DNA of 64,000 nt from Escherichia phage JEP6: the sequence record MT764206.1. One strand, 5' to 3'. Both the position numbers and the translations under genes were made by a program. Numbering within the stretch: the first letter of the stretch is position 1; every line of letters begins with the position of its first letter. This document shows, piece after piece, positions 14,314 through 24,548 of this stretch. The notes under the pieces were generated by a model. That model was not told the DNA's origin. It saw only the letters and a list, made by a program, of their open reading frames with translations, and did no database searches.

Positions 14314-15732
14314 TTATGGATAGGTATAGATGATACCAGTTTCTAAAGCAGTTTTATGAATGATGTATCCATTACGCGATTCTTGGACATCAACTTCTGG
14401 ATAGTCTTTCATCATCTTCTGAAGAGTGTAACGATGCAAGTAGTACTTACTATCTGGATCGTCAGTTTTCCAATCTTTACCTTCTTCGGTCATTTTTTGG
14501 ATTTCATCCATAACCCACCAACCGCACCAGATGTAAGCTGAAGTACGATGTGGAAGAGGATGAACATAAGGTAATTCACCTTTAGGAGCAGGAGCAACTT
14601 TATCAGTCACTTGAACTTGACCTGTTGTTTTAACTGTTTTGCTATCATAATCAGTAGCAGTAACAGTTGCAGTAACTTCAATAGTTTGACTTCCAATAGA
14701 TGATGTATCAACGGTGTATACATTAGTTGACCCTTCTACTGGAGAAGAATCTTTCTTCCATGAATATTCGATTTGTGCTTCTTCTGGAGCATCCGTAACA
14801 TTAGCAGTAAATGTAGCCGAAGCATCTTGCTGAACGTTAATAGAAGGAGGAGTCAATGTAACCTGTGGATTCATTGTTTTCTTATTAACAGTCAATGATA
14901 CTTCATTAGAAGTAACTTCCTTTTCATTGTAATTTTCTGCAGTTACTTGCGCTACACACTTAACTGTTTTAGCTCCAACTGTGGTAGGAGTATAGTTAAA
15001 TGTAGTAGTAGTTTCTCCATCGACCAGAGAACCGTCAACATACCACTGATACGTAGCAGACGCTCCTGGTGGCTGTGAAGCCAAGGTAGCAGTAAATTGA
15101 ACTGGGGTTCCAATAACTCCTGCTGGAGGATTAGCAGGAGTTACGGCTAACGTAGTTGTCTGTGTTTTCTTATTAACAGTCAGTGACACTTCATTAGAAG
15201 TAACTTCCTTTGCATCATAATCTGTCGCGGTTACTTGAGCTACACACTTAATTGTTTTAACTCCGCTTGCGTCAGGAGTGTAATTGAATGTAGTGCCAGT
15301 TGCTTCGCCCACAGGAGAACCGTCAACGTACCATTGATATGTAGCGTTTGCACCTGATGGCTGTGAAGCTAAGGCAGCGGTAAATTCAATTGGAGTTCCA
15401 ATCACTCCAGCATCAGGGCTACCAGGAGTTACAGCTAATGTAGTTGTCTGTGTTTTATTTTGAACTGTGATAGTTGTCGTAGCTTCTGCCGTTTCAGCTT
15501 CAGCTTCTGGAACTGGGTTTGTTGCAACTACTTTAATAGTCTTTTGGCCGGCAGGCCCTTTTAGTACATAATTAAAAGTTGCTGACGTTTCTTCCTGTGG
15601 AGCGTCGTCTACAGTCCAAGCATATGTAATAGGTCCATCTCCAGTTTGACCACTGGGTGTAGCAGTAAACTGCTGAGTCTGATCTATAACTCCAGTAGGT
15701 GTTTTAGGAGTTATATCAACTGTAAAAGTCAT
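14314..15732 (-). CDS. hoc: Highly immunogenic outer capsid protein Hoc, 472 aa with an extra tandem Ig-like domain
   Basis: T4 Hoc-like N- and C-termini; two near-identical 96-aa units. Confidence 0.9.
   Translation of the reverse strand: MTFTVDITPKTPTGVIDQTQQFTATPSGQTGDGPITYAWTVDDAPQEETSATFNYVLKGPAGQKTIKVVATNPVPEAEAETAEATTTITVQNKTQTTTLAVTPGSPDAGVIGTPIEFTAALASQPSGANATYQWYVDGSPVGEATGTTFNYTPDASGVKTIKCVAQVTATDYDAKEVTSNEVSLTVNKKTQTTTLAVTPANPPAGVIGTPVQFTATLASQPPGASATYQWYVDGSLVDGETTTTFNYTPTTVGAKTVKCVAQVTAENYNEKEVTSNEVSLTVNKKTMNPQVTLTPPSINVQQDASATFTANVTDAPEEAQIEYSWKKDSSPVEGSTNVYTVDTSSIGSQTIEVTATVTATDYDSKTVKTTGQVQVTDKVAPAPKGELPYVHPLPHRTSAYIWCGWWVMDEIQKMTEEGKDWKTDDPDSKYYLHRYTLQKMMKDYPEVDVQESRNGYIIHKTALETGIIYTYP
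14881..15456 (-). repeat. Tandem 288-bp duplication inside hoc (two Ig-like domain units)
   Basis: Motif cttattaaca at 14881 and again at 15169; gcta at 15146 and 15434; encoded units KKTQTTTLAVTP...SLTVN twice. Confidence 0.85.
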
Positions 15733-15741
15733 AAGTTATCC

Positions 15742-16422
15742 TTATTTTAATGTTACGAAAGAAGAATTGCGTGTTTCACGAATTAGAACTGATCCGTCAC
15801 GATTAATGTAGTAAATTAAGCTAAATAAAGTTTGGTGTGCCGACGCATGTTCAAAACTAGTTGGGTGAGATTTCCAATCCGGAGTTTCAGCAATCCACTG
15901 GTAAATCCACCAAGGAACAGTACAGAATCCTGGATTTTTTCCAATCAGCTGAAGATTCGGACTAAAGTTTTCCGGAAGAGTAAATACAGACGGCTTTTCA
16001 GATTCAATAATCTCAGCTACAGCCTGTTCAAATTTTTCTTCAACAAAAGGAGTATCTTCAATCAAAACATCGGTATTTTCGGGAATTTTATCCATTTCTA
16101 CTACTTCAATTTTAATGTCAGATTTAACCGGAGAATCAATCAGAAGTGCTGCTTCTGGATTGACTTCTTCATCGTCATATTTTAACCCCTCTGCAGCATC
16201 AGCAGCATTGATTAAGTCTTTAATAGATAACCCATCAGTCTCTGGCATAGGTTCACTAGCGAGCTTCTGGAGGGCTTCTTCAATATCATTAACGATATTA
16301 TCAAAAGATTTATTCTTTTTGACCTTTATACCAAACTGTTCAGCATATTCAGCTAATTTAGCCTTAGCTTCTTTATTATCATCAAGAGCCTTCAGCTCTG
16401 CAATATAATCTTTATCTATCAT
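15742..16422 (-). CDS. inh: Inhibitor of prohead protease (Inh)
   Basis: 226 aa, T4 Inh-like. Confidence 0.85.
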   Translation of the reverse strand: MIDKDYIAELKALDDNKEAKAKLAEYAEQFGIKVKKNKSFDNIVNDIEEALQKLASEPMPETDGLSIKDLINAADAAEGLKYDDEEVNPEAALLIDSPVKSDIKIEVVEMDKIPENTDVLIEDTPFVEEKFEQAVAEIIESEKPSVFTLPENFSPNLQLIGKNPGFCTVPWWIYQWIAETPDWKSHPTSFEHASAHQTLFSLIYYINRDGSVLIRETRNSSFVTLK

Positions 16423-16435
16423 AATATTTCCTCAG

Positions 16436-16443
16436 TATAAATA
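16436..16443 (+). promoter_or_regulatory. Late promoter TATAAATA upstream of uvsW
   Basis: Exact consensus. Confidence 0.7.
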
Positions 16444-16472
16444 TAGATATATTTATTACATGGTATTTAGAC

Positions 16473-17984
16473 ATGACTGACATTAAAGTACATTTTTATG
16501 ATTTTAGTCACGTGAGAATTGATTGTGAAGAAAGTACATTTCATGAACTCCGTGATTTCTTTAGCTTTGAAGCTGATGGGTATCGTTTTAATCCGAAGTA
16601 CAGATATGGCCACTGGGATGGACGAATCCGTCTTTTAGATTATAATCGTCTTCTTCCATTCGGCTTAGTCGGGCAAATTAAAAAGTTCTGTGATAACTTT
16701 GGCTATAAAGCCTGGATTGACCCACAAATTAACGAAAAAGAAGAATTATCAAGAAAAGATTTTGATGAATGGCTTTCTAAATTAGAAATCTATTCAGGAA
16801 ATAAAAGAATTGAACCGCATTGGTATCAAAAAGATGCAGTGTTCGAAGGATTAGTTAATCGTCGTAGAATTCTTAATCTTCCAACATCCGCTGGTAAATC
16901 GTTAATTCAAGCTTTGCTTGCGCGATATTATTTGGAAAATTATGAAGGTAAAATTCTTATCATTGTTCCAACAACTGCTCTGACAACTCAGATGGCTGAT
17001 GACTTCGTCGACTATCGTTTATTCAGCCATGCAATGATAAAGAAAATCGGTGGTGGAGCATCAAAAGATGATAAATATAAAAATGATGCACCAGTCGTTG
17101 TTGGTACATGGCAAACTGTAGTTAAACAACCGAAAGAATGGTTCTCCCAATTTGGAATGATGATGAATGATGAATGTCATCTTGCTACAGGAAAAAGTAT
17201 TTCATCCATCATATCAGGTTTAAATAACTGCATGTTCAAATTCGGTTTGTCTGGTTCATTACGTGATGGCAAAGCCAATATCATGCAGTATGTTGGAATG
17301 TTTGGTGAAATATTTAAGCCAGTAACGACTTCTAAGTTAATGGAAGATGGACAAGTAACTGAGTTAAAAATTAATAGTATTTTTCTTCGCTATCCCGATG
17401 AGTTCACTACTAAATTAAAGGGAAAAACTTACCAAGAAGAAATAAAAATTATTACTGGGCTCAGTAAAAGAAATAAATGGATCGCTAAATTAGCTATTAA
17501 GCTTGCACAAAAAGATGAAAACGCTTTTGTCATGTTTAAACATGTATCGCATGGTAAAGCTATTTTCGATTTAATTAAAAATGAATACGATAAAGTTTAT
17601 TACGTATCAGGGGAAGTTGATACCGAAACCCGCAACGTAATGAAAACCTTAGCTGAAAATGGTAAAGGAATAATTATAGTAGCGAGTTATGGTGTATTTT
17701 CTACTGGTATTTCAGTTAAAAATCTGCATCATGTTGTTTTAGCGCACGGCGTTAAATCAAAAATTATTGTATTACAAACAATCGGTCGTGTATTACGTAA
17801 GCATGGTTCTAAAACAATCGCAACAGTCTGGGACCTCATAGATGACGCGGGCGTCAAGCCAAAATCTGCTAATACGAAAAAGAAATATGTTCATTTGAAC
17901 TATCTTTTAAAACACGGCATTGATCGTATTCAGCGCTACGCAGATGAAAAATTTAATTACGTAATGAAAACAGTTAATTTATAA
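16473..17984 (+). CDS. uvsW: UvsW DNA/RNA helicase
   Basis: 503 aa; SF2 helicase motifs (GKS Walker A, DECH); late promoter upstream. Confidence 0.93.
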   Translation: MTDIKVHFYDFSHVRIDCEESTFHELRDFFSFEADGYRFNPKYRYGHWDGRIRLLDYNRLLPFGLVGQIKKFCDNFGYKAWIDPQINEKEELSRKDFDEWLSKLEIYSGNKRIEPHWYQKDAVFEGLVNRRRILNLPTSAGKSLIQALLARYYLENYEGKILIIVPTTALTTQMADDFVDYRLFSHAMIKKIGGGASKDDKYKNDAPVVVGTWQTVVKQPKEWFSQFGMMMNDECHLATGKSISSIISGLNNCMFKFGLSGSLRDGKANIMQYVGMFGEIFKPVTTSKLMEDGQVTELKINSIFLRYPDEFTTKLKGKTYQEEIKIITGLSKRNKWIAKLAIKLAQKDENAFVMFKHVSHGKAIFDLIKNEYDKVYYVSGEVDTETRNVMKTLAENGKGIIIVASYGVFSTGISVKNLHHVVLAHGVKSKIIVLQTIGRVLRKHGSKTIATVWDLIDDAGVKPKSANTKKKYVHLNYLLKHGIDRIQRYADEKFNYVMKTVNL

Positions 17985-17998
17985 GGGCTTCGGCCCTT
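17983..17998 (+). terminator. Hairpin after uvsW
   Basis: AAGGGC-TTCG-GCCCTT. Confidence 0.6.
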
Positions 17999-18009
17999 TG
18001 GAGAAAAAG

Positions 18010-18240
18010 ATGTTACTAGGATTTAAACAATTTCTTTATGAAGCTTCTATTGATGAATTTATGGGTAAAATTGCCTCTTGTCAAACATTAGAAGGTTTAG
18101 AAGAACTTGAAGCTTATTATAAGAAAAGAGTTAAAGAAACTGAATTAAAAGATACTGATGACATCTCTGTGAGAGATGCTTTGGCAGGAAAAAGAGCTGA
18201 ATTAGAAGATTCAGACGATGAAGTAGAAGAAAGCTTTTAA
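18010..18240 (+). CDS. uvsW.1: UvsW.1 small acidic protein (76 aa from ATG 18010)
   Basis: ORF track start 17998 is TTG; ATG 18010 has GGAG upstream. Confidence 0.7.
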   Translation: MLLGFKQFLYEASIDEFMGKIASCQTLEGLEELEAYYKKRVKETELKDTDDISVRDALAGKRAELEDSDDEVEESF

Positions 18241-18295
18241 ATTAAAAAAGGCCCAACCAAAAAGGAAGGGCCAAAACTATAGACTAAAGGTCACA

Positions 18296-18463
18296 CTATA
18301 GCAAAAGTTGTGTTTCATTTAATTGTTCTTCCGAACTTTCTGAAACTGGTAGTTCTTTAATGTAATTATAGCAAGGCCCAGGATGTACAGGACCTTTGTC
18401 TGTTTCAACAACCAATGCAGAATCGATTGGAGTTTTACAGACAACACAAATCTTATCTGACAT
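18296..18463 (-). CDS. Small CxxC zinc-binding protein (T4 uvsY.-2 position)
   Basis: ATG 18463 with AGGAG upstream. Confidence 0.55.
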   Translation of the reverse strand: MSDKICVVCKTPIDSALVVETDKGPVHPGPCYNYIKELPVSESSEEQLNETQLLL

Positions 18464-18586
18464 GATTGTCTCCTTTTGAATATAGTAATATTTATAAACC
18501 CATTTTAATCCGCATTTCTTGTACACGGATTAAGCAAGCTTCCATCTCTGCTAATAGTCGAAATACTTCTTTATAATCTGTCATAT

Positions 18587-18814
18587 TTACCCCATATCTC
18601 TCATATGCATATCAATGCCCATATCTTTAGAATAAAAATATTCATCAAGATATCCGGCAAATTTTCCTTTAATATAAAGGACATCTTCACCACACGGGTG
18701 GTCAGCCAGGATACGAATATCCTGACGCTTAAGATTATACTTTTTCATTAAGAATTGAATTTCCGTTTCGAATTCTTCTTCATAATTAAAAGCATCATCA
18801 ATGCTATATCTCAT
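18587..18814 (-). CDS. Hypothetical protein (T4 uvsY.-1 position)
   Basis: 75-aa ORF coupled to uvsY stop. Confidence 0.55.
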   Translation of the reverse strand: MRYSIDDAFNYEEEFETEIQFLMKKYNLKRQDIRILADHPCGEDVLYIKGKFAGYLDEYFYSKDMGIDMHMRDMG

Positions 18815-19227
18815 TATTTTCCAGCCTCAAATGCCCGCATGTCTTGAATATGCTTAATAGCAAATCCACGTGATTTAATAGCATCAAGAGCTCCGCTACA
18901 GAAATCTAATAAAATTCCCCAATATTGTAATGAAGTATCAACCTTTAAAACATCCTTATCAGCTGATAGAACTGTCTTCATTTCTGATTTCTCGTAACGA
19001 TCCATACTAAATTCATCACCATCTCCTCGTCCCGAGTAGTAGTCTAATCTAGCTTTAAGAGCAACTTTTTTCTGTGCGTCAATTCTAAGCATTTCCTTTT
19101 TAATACTTGAATGCTTATTAAGCCATTTACTATATAACATCACATTATTAGCTGCTTCATACTGTAATTTAGTCGAATCTATAAACACATCTTTCTTCAA
19201 TTCTTCTTGAAGATCTTCTAATCTCAT
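18814..19227 (-). CDS. uvsY: Recombination mediator UvsY
   Basis: 137 aa, T4 UvsY-like. Confidence 0.9.
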   Translation of the reverse strand: MRLEDLQEELKKDVFIDSTKLQYEAANNVMLYSKWLNKHSSIKKEMLRIDAQKKVALKARLDYYSGRGDGDEFSMDRYEKSEMKTVLSADKDVLKVDTSLQYWGILLDFCSGALDAIKSRGFAIKHIQDMRAFEAGK

Positions 19228-19293
19228 ATTGTTCTCTATTCAATTGTTATTGGATGGACTTAGATTCATTATACCACGTTTTAACGTGAAGCA

Positions 19294-19692
19294 TTATACC
19301 CTATTACTCGAAGCCAGTTGCAGTTTTATCTGCTCAATATCATCAGGGTTATCGATGACCGAAAAGCGTATTTCTACTATCAGAGTATAATCATCATAAA
19401 CTGGTATCACATTAACTGATAATTTATCAATACGTGGCTCATAGTTTCTTACTGCGCTTTCAATATTGCGCTCAACTGTGTCAGCAGTAAGAGGAGTCAT
19501 ATTTTCAAAAAGCTGGTCTGATAAATCACATCCAAATTCAGGGTCAAACGGTCTTGAACCTTTTCTTGTTGTAATAATTCCCAAAAGACTGTTTTTAATT
19601 GACCTTAATCCAAGTGATCTGGAAACATCTTTGTTCCAATCCATTTTCATTTCCGGGTCAATATCAGAATAAAGCTTATTAATATTTGCCAT
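19294..19692 (-). CDS. 25: Baseplate wedge protein gp25
   Basis: 132 aa, T4 gp25-like. Confidence 0.93.
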   Translation of the reverse strand: MANINKLYSDIDPEMKMDWNKDVSRSLGLRSIKNSLLGIITTRKGSRPFDPEFGCDLSDQLFENMTPLTADTVERNIESAVRNYEPRIDKLSVNVIPVYDDYTLIVEIRFSVIDNPDDIEQIKLQLASSNRV

Positions 19693-20318
19693 TATAGTAA
19701 CTCAAAGAACTCTTTGAGGCCTCTTATTACATGAGCATGGGTTTTTCCACACTCTGGACATTTAATTGGAACAGCCAAATAAACGGTAGGTTTTAAAAGC
19801 ATATCTTTTATAGCTACAATATCTGACTCTGTGATGATAGAATATAAATCTTCTAGTTCCTTTTCATTTAAGTCTTCAACTGGAATGCTTTCCCCGTTAG
19901 CATGAATCGTTTCTATGCATGATACTATCATGTGGGCTATATTTTTATCATCAAAAATTTTAGGGTATCGGAATTTAATTTTAATGTCACCCAGTGTATA
20001 CCAGAGGTCTTCTGGTGCATCTATTTGTGTATGTAATAGATTTATATGGGTTGGTATTTCAGTTCCACAGGTGCACTTCCAGGAGTTTTCGTGATTAACT
20101 TCGCCAAGAGAATGTGCCCATAAATGAATCAACAATAGTTCTGATTCTTGGCGGTTTAAATCTTTTGCATTTGTGCAGTCTTTGATTAGCTTTTTAACAA
20201 TTACTTCTACGGAACCATTATTTTTGGCAGTAATAAGTTCTAGATATTCTTTAAGCGTGAATGCGCGACAATTGATTATTTTAGAACCAACTCTCACATC
20301 AAATTTGTATTCATACAT
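19692..20318 (-). CDS. 26: Baseplate hub protein gp26
   Basis: 208 aa. Confidence 0.9.
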   Translation of the reverse strand: MYEYKFDVRVGSKIINCRAFTLKEYLELITAKNNGSVEVIVKKLIKDCTNAKDLNRQESELLLIHLWAHSLGEVNHENSWKCTCGTEIPTHINLLHTQIDAPEDLWYTLGDIKIKFRYPKIFDDKNIAHMIVSCIETIHANGESIPVEDLNEKELEDLYSIITESDIVAIKDMLLKPTVYLAVPIKCPECGKTHAHVIRGLKEFFELL

Positions 20319-20339
20319 ATTTAGCTCCTTTATTTATCA

Positions 20340-20351
20340 TATTTATAAATA
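20340..20351. promoter_or_regulatory. Palindromic divergent late promoters TATTTATAAATA between genes 26 (minus) and 51 (plus)
   Basis: TATAAATA readable on both strands (plus 20344-20351, minus 20340-20347). Confidence 0.7.
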
Positions 20352-20368
20352 GAATAAAAGGAGCATCT

Positions 20369-21118
20369 ATGGCAAACATTATTCGTTGTAAATTACCAGA
20401 TGGTGTTCATCGTTTTAAACCATTTACGGTAGAAGATTATCGAGATTTTTTGTTAGTTCGAAACGATATAGAACATCGGTCACCACAAGAACAAAAAGAA
20501 GTAATTGCTGATTTAATTGCTGATTATTTTGGAGACTATCCGAAGACTTGGCAACCATTTATATTTTTGCAGGTATTTGTAGGGTCAATAGGTAAAACTA
20601 AAGTACCAGTCACATTCGTATGTCCAAAATGTAAAAAAGAAAAGACAGTTCCATTTGAAATATACCAAAAAGAATTAAAGGAACCTGTTTTTGATGTAGC
20701 TAATGTTAAAATTAAATTAAAGTTTCCTTCTGAGTTTTATGAAAATAAAGCAAAGATGATTACTGAAAATATTCATTCTGTTCAAGTAGATGAAACTTGG
20801 TATGATTGGAAGGAAATTAGCGAGTCCAGTCAAATAGAACTCGTTGACGCCATCGAAATAGAAACATTAGAAAAAATTCTCGATGCAATGAATCCTATTA
20901 ATTTAACTCTACATATGTCATGCTGTAATAAGTATGTAAAAAAATACACTGATATAGTAGACGTGTTTAAGCTATTAGTTAACCCAGATGAAATATTTAC
21001 TTTTTATCAAATTAATCACACACTCGTAAAAAGTAATTATAGCTTAAATTCAATAATGAAAATGATTCCTGCTGAGCGCGGATTCGTATTAAAACTGATT
21101 GAGAAGGATAAACAATAA
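20369..21118 (+). CDS. 51: Baseplate hub assembly catalyst gp51
   Basis: 249 aa. Confidence 0.9.
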   Translation: MANIIRCKLPDGVHRFKPFTVEDYRDFLLVRNDIEHRSPQEQKEVIADLIADYFGDYPKTWQPFIFLQVFVGSIGKTKVPVTFVCPKCKKEKTVPFEIYQKELKEPVFDVANVKIKLKFPSEFYENKAKMITENIHSVQVDETWYDWKEISESSQIELVDAIEIETLEKILDAMNPINLTLHMSCCNKYVKKYTDIVDVFKLLVNPDEIFTFYQINHTLVKSNYSLNSIMKMIPAERGFVLKLIEKDKQ

Positions 21119-22293
21119 TGAGTATGTTGCAACGCCCAGGATATCCAAATCTCAGCGTTAAATTGTTTGATAGCTATGACGCTTGGAGTAATAATAGATT
21201 TGTTGAATTAGCTGCTACTATTACCACATTAACTATGCGGGATTCTCTTTATGGCCGAAATGAAGGAATGCTGCAGTTTTATGATTCTAAAAACATCCAT
21301 ACAAAAATGGATGGAAATGAAATAATTCAGATTTCTGTAGCTAATGCAAATGATATTAATAATGTTAAAACACGAATTTATGGATGTAAGCATTTTTCCG
21401 TGTCAGTAGATTCAAAAGGTGATAACATCATTGCTATTGAATTGGGAACTATTCATTCTATAGAAAATCTTAAATTTGGTAGACCATTTTTCCCTGATGC
21501 AGGTGAATCTATAAAAGAAATGCTTGGCGTCATTTATCAAGACCGTACATTATTAACTCCAGCAATAAATGCTATAAATGCTTATGTTCCTGATATTCCA
21601 TGGACTAGCACATTTGAAAACTATTTGTCATATGTAAGAGAAGTTGCTCTAGCTGTAGAAAGCGACAAATTTGTATTTGTGTGGCAAGACATCATGGGAG
21701 TTAACATGATGGACTATGATATGATGATAAATCAAGAACCATATCCAATGATTGTCGGTGAGCCATCTTTAATAGGTCAATTCATCCAAGAATTAAAATA
21801 TCCATTAGCATATGATTTTGTTTGGTTGACTAAATCGAATCCTCACAAACGTGACCCAATGAAAAATGCTACTATCTATGCTCATTCATTTTTAGATTCT
21901 TCATTGCCAATGATTACTACAGGAAAGGGCGAAAACTCTATTGTAGTGTCAAGGTCAGGTGCTTATTCTGAAATGACTTATAGGAATGGATATGAAGAAG
22001 CTATTCGTCTTCAAACTATGGCACAATATGACGGCTATGCTAAATGTTCTACTGTCGGTAATTTTAACTTGACTCCTGGTGTTAAAATTATTTTTAATGA
22101 TAGTAAAAACCAATTTAAAACAGAATTTTACGTTGATGAAGTTATCCATGAATTATCCAATAATAATTCAGTAACTCATCTATATATGTTCACTAATGCA
22201 ACGAAACTGGAAACAATAGACCCAGTTAAGGTTAAAAATGAATTTAAATCTGATACTACCACTGAAGAAAGTAGTTCTTCCAATAAGCAATAA
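21118..22293 (+). CDS. 27: Baseplate hub protein gp27
   Basis: 391 aa. Confidence 0.93.
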   Translation: MSMLQRPGYPNLSVKLFDSYDAWSNNRFVELAATITTLTMRDSLYGRNEGMLQFYDSKNIHTKMDGNEIIQISVANANDINNVKTRIYGCKHFSVSVDSKGDNIIAIELGTIHSIENLKFGRPFFPDAGESIKEMLGVIYQDRTLLTPAINAINAYVPDIPWTSTFENYLSYVREVALAVESDKFVFVWQDIMGVNMMDYDMMINQEPYPMIVGEPSLIGQFIQELKYPLAYDFVWLTKSNPHKRDPMKNATIYAHSFLDSSLPMITTGKGENSIVVSRSGAYSEMTYRNGYEEAIRLQTMAQYDGYAKCSTVGNFNLTPGVKIIFNDSKNQFKTEFYVDEVIHELSNNNSVTHLYMFTNATKLETIDPVKVKNEFKSDTTTEESSSSNKQ

Positions 22294-22771
22294 AGAAGTT
22301 TCTATTCCTAAAATGGGTCTTAAACATTATAACATTTTAAAAGATGTTAAAGGTCCTGATGAAAATTTAAAACTTCTTATTGATTCTATTTGTCCGAATT
22401 TATCACCGGCAGAAGTTGATTTCGTTTCTATTCATTTATTGGAATTTAATGGAAAGATTAAATCTCGTAAAGAAATAGATGGTTATACTTATGACATTAA
22501 TGATGTTTATGTATGCCAAAGATTGGAATTTCAATACCAAGGAAATACATTTTATTTTAGACCGCCTGGAAAATTTGAACAATTTTTAACTGTGAGCGAT
22601 ATGTTATCTAAATGCTTGCTTAAGGTCAATGATGAAGTTAAAGAAATTAATTTTCTTGAGATGCCAGCATTCGTTTTAAAATGGGCAAATGATATTTTTA
22701 CAACTTTAGCAATTCCTGGCCCTAATGGTCCAATAACTGGAATTGGCAATATTATTGGATTATTTGAATGA
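22238..22771 (+). CDS. 28: Baseplate hub distal protein gp28
   Basis: 177 aa; ATG 22238 overlapping the 3' end of gene 27. Confidence 0.85.
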   Translation: MNLNLILPLKKVVLPISNKEVSIPKMGLKHYNILKDVKGPDENLKLLIDSICPNLSPAEVDFVSIHLLEFNGKIKSRKEIDGYTYDINDVYVCQRLEFQYQGNTFYFRPPGKFEQFLTVSDMLSKCLLKVNDEVKEINFLEMPAFVLKWANDIFTTLAIPGPNGPITGIGNIIGLFE

Positions 22772-24540
22772 AAAAGCCACAAGAAATGCAAACGATGCGT
22801 AGAAAAGTTATTTCAGATAATAAACCAACACAGGAAGCGGCTAAATCCGCTTCCAACACTTTATCTGGACTTAATGATATATCTACGAAATTGGATGATG
22901 CTCAAGCTGCTTCTGAACTAATTGCTCAAACTGTCGAAGAAAAATCGAATGAAATAATTGGAGCAATTGATAACGTAGAAAGCGCAGTGAGTGATACTAC
23001 TGCTGGTTCTGAGTTAATTGCTGAAACTGTCGAAATTGGCAACAATATTAATAAAGAAATTGGTGAATCACTCGGAAGCAAATTAGATAAATTAACGAGT
23101 TTATTAGAACAAAAAATTCAGACAGCTGGAATTCAACAGACAGGAACAAGTTTAGCCACAGTTGAAAGCGCTATTCCTGTTAAAGTCGTTGAGGATGATA
23201 CTGCTGAATCTGTGGGTCCTTTATTACCGGCTCCCGAAGCAGTTAATAATGATCCTGACGCTGATTTTTTCCCTACCCCTCAGCCAGTTGAGCCAAAGCA
23301 AGAATCACCAGAAGAAAAACAGAAAAAAGAAGCATTTAACTTAAAATTATCTCAAGCTTTAGATAAATTAACAAAGACAGTTGATTTTGGATTTAAGAAA
23401 TCCATTTCAATTACTGATAAAATATCAAGCATGCTATTTAAGTATACCGTCAGTGCTGCTATTGAAGCTGCTAAAATGACTGCAATGATATTGGCTGTTG
23501 TTGTTGGAATAGACCTGTTGATGGTTCACTTTAAATATTGGTCAGATAAATTTTCGCAGGCTTGGGATTTGTTTAGTACAGACTTTACTAAATTCTCTAG
23601 CGAAACCGGAACATGGGGTCCTTTATTACAGAGCATCTTTAGTTCTATTGATGAAATTAAAAAGTTCTGGGAAGCGGGAGATTGGGGTGGATTGACAGTA
23701 GCTATTGTTGAAGGGCTTGGAAAGGTTCTTTATAATTTAGGAGAACTTATTCAATTAGGTATGGCTAAATTATCTGCTGCAATTCTTCGAGTCATTCCTG
23801 GTATGAAAGACACTGCTGATGAAGTAGAAGGAAGAGCACTAGAAAATTTCCAAAATTCTACTGGAGCATCTCTCAATAAAGAAGACCAAGAAAAAGTTGC
23901 AAATTATCAAGATAAACGAATGAACGGAGACCTTGGCCCGATAGCAAAAGGATTAGATAAAATTGCTAATTGGAAAACTCGTGCATCTAATTGGATTCGC
24001 GGGGTTGATAATAAAGAAGCACTAACTACCGACGAAGAACGTGCAGCAGAAGAAGAAAAATTAAAGCAACTTTCACCTGAAGAAAGAAAAAATGCTTTAA
24101 TGAAGGCTAATGAAGCACGTGCCGCGATGATTCGTTTTGAAAAATATGCTGATTCAGCTGATATGAGTAAAGACTCAACGGTTAAATCAGTTGAATCTGC
24201 CTATGAAGACCTTAAAAAACGAATGGATGACCCGGATTTAAACAATTCACCGGCAGTTAAAAAAGAACTTGCTGCTAGATTTTCTAAAATTGATGCTACT
24301 TATCAAGAGCTCAAGAAAAATCAGCCTAATGCCAAACCTGAAACTTCTGCTAAATCGCCAGAAGCAAAACAAGTCCAGGTAATAGAAAAGAACGAAGCGC
24401 AGCAAGCTCCTGTTCAGCAAGCATCTCCTTCAATCAATAATACTAATAATGTTGTTAAGAAAAATACTGTCGTTCATAATATGACACCTGTCACAAGCAC
24501 AACTGCTCCTGGTGTATTTGATGCGACTGGAGTTAATTAA
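22768..24540 (+). CDS. 29: Baseplate hub / tail length determinator gp29
   Basis: 590 aa. Confidence 0.93.
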   Translation: MKKPQEMQTMRRKVISDNKPTQEAAKSASNTLSGLNDISTKLDDAQAASELIAQTVEEKSNEIIGAIDNVESAVSDTTAGSELIAETVEIGNNINKEIGESLGSKLDKLTSLLEQKIQTAGIQQTGTSLATVESAIPVKVVEDDTAESVGPLLPAPEAVNNDPDADFFPTPQPVEPKQESPEEKQKKEAFNLKLSQALDKLTKTVDFGFKKSISITDKISSMLFKYTVSAAIEAAKMTAMILAVVVGIDLLMVHFKYWSDKFSQAWDLFSTDFTKFSSETGTWGPLLQSIFSSIDEIKKFWEAGDWGGLTVAIVEGLGKVLYNLGELIQLGMAKLSAAILRVIPGMKDTADEVEGRALENFQNSTGASLNKEDQEKVANYQDKRMNGDLGPIAKGLDKIANWKTRASNWIRGVDNKEALTTDEERAAEEEKLKQLSPEERKNALMKANEARAAMIRFEKYADSADMSKDSTVKSVESAYEDLKKRMDDPDLNNSPAVKKELAARFSKIDATYQELKKNQPNAKPETSAKSPEAKQVQVIEKNEAQQAPVQQASPSINNTNNVVKKNTVVHNMTPVTSTTAPGVFDATGVN

Positions 24541-24548
24541 GGAATAAT

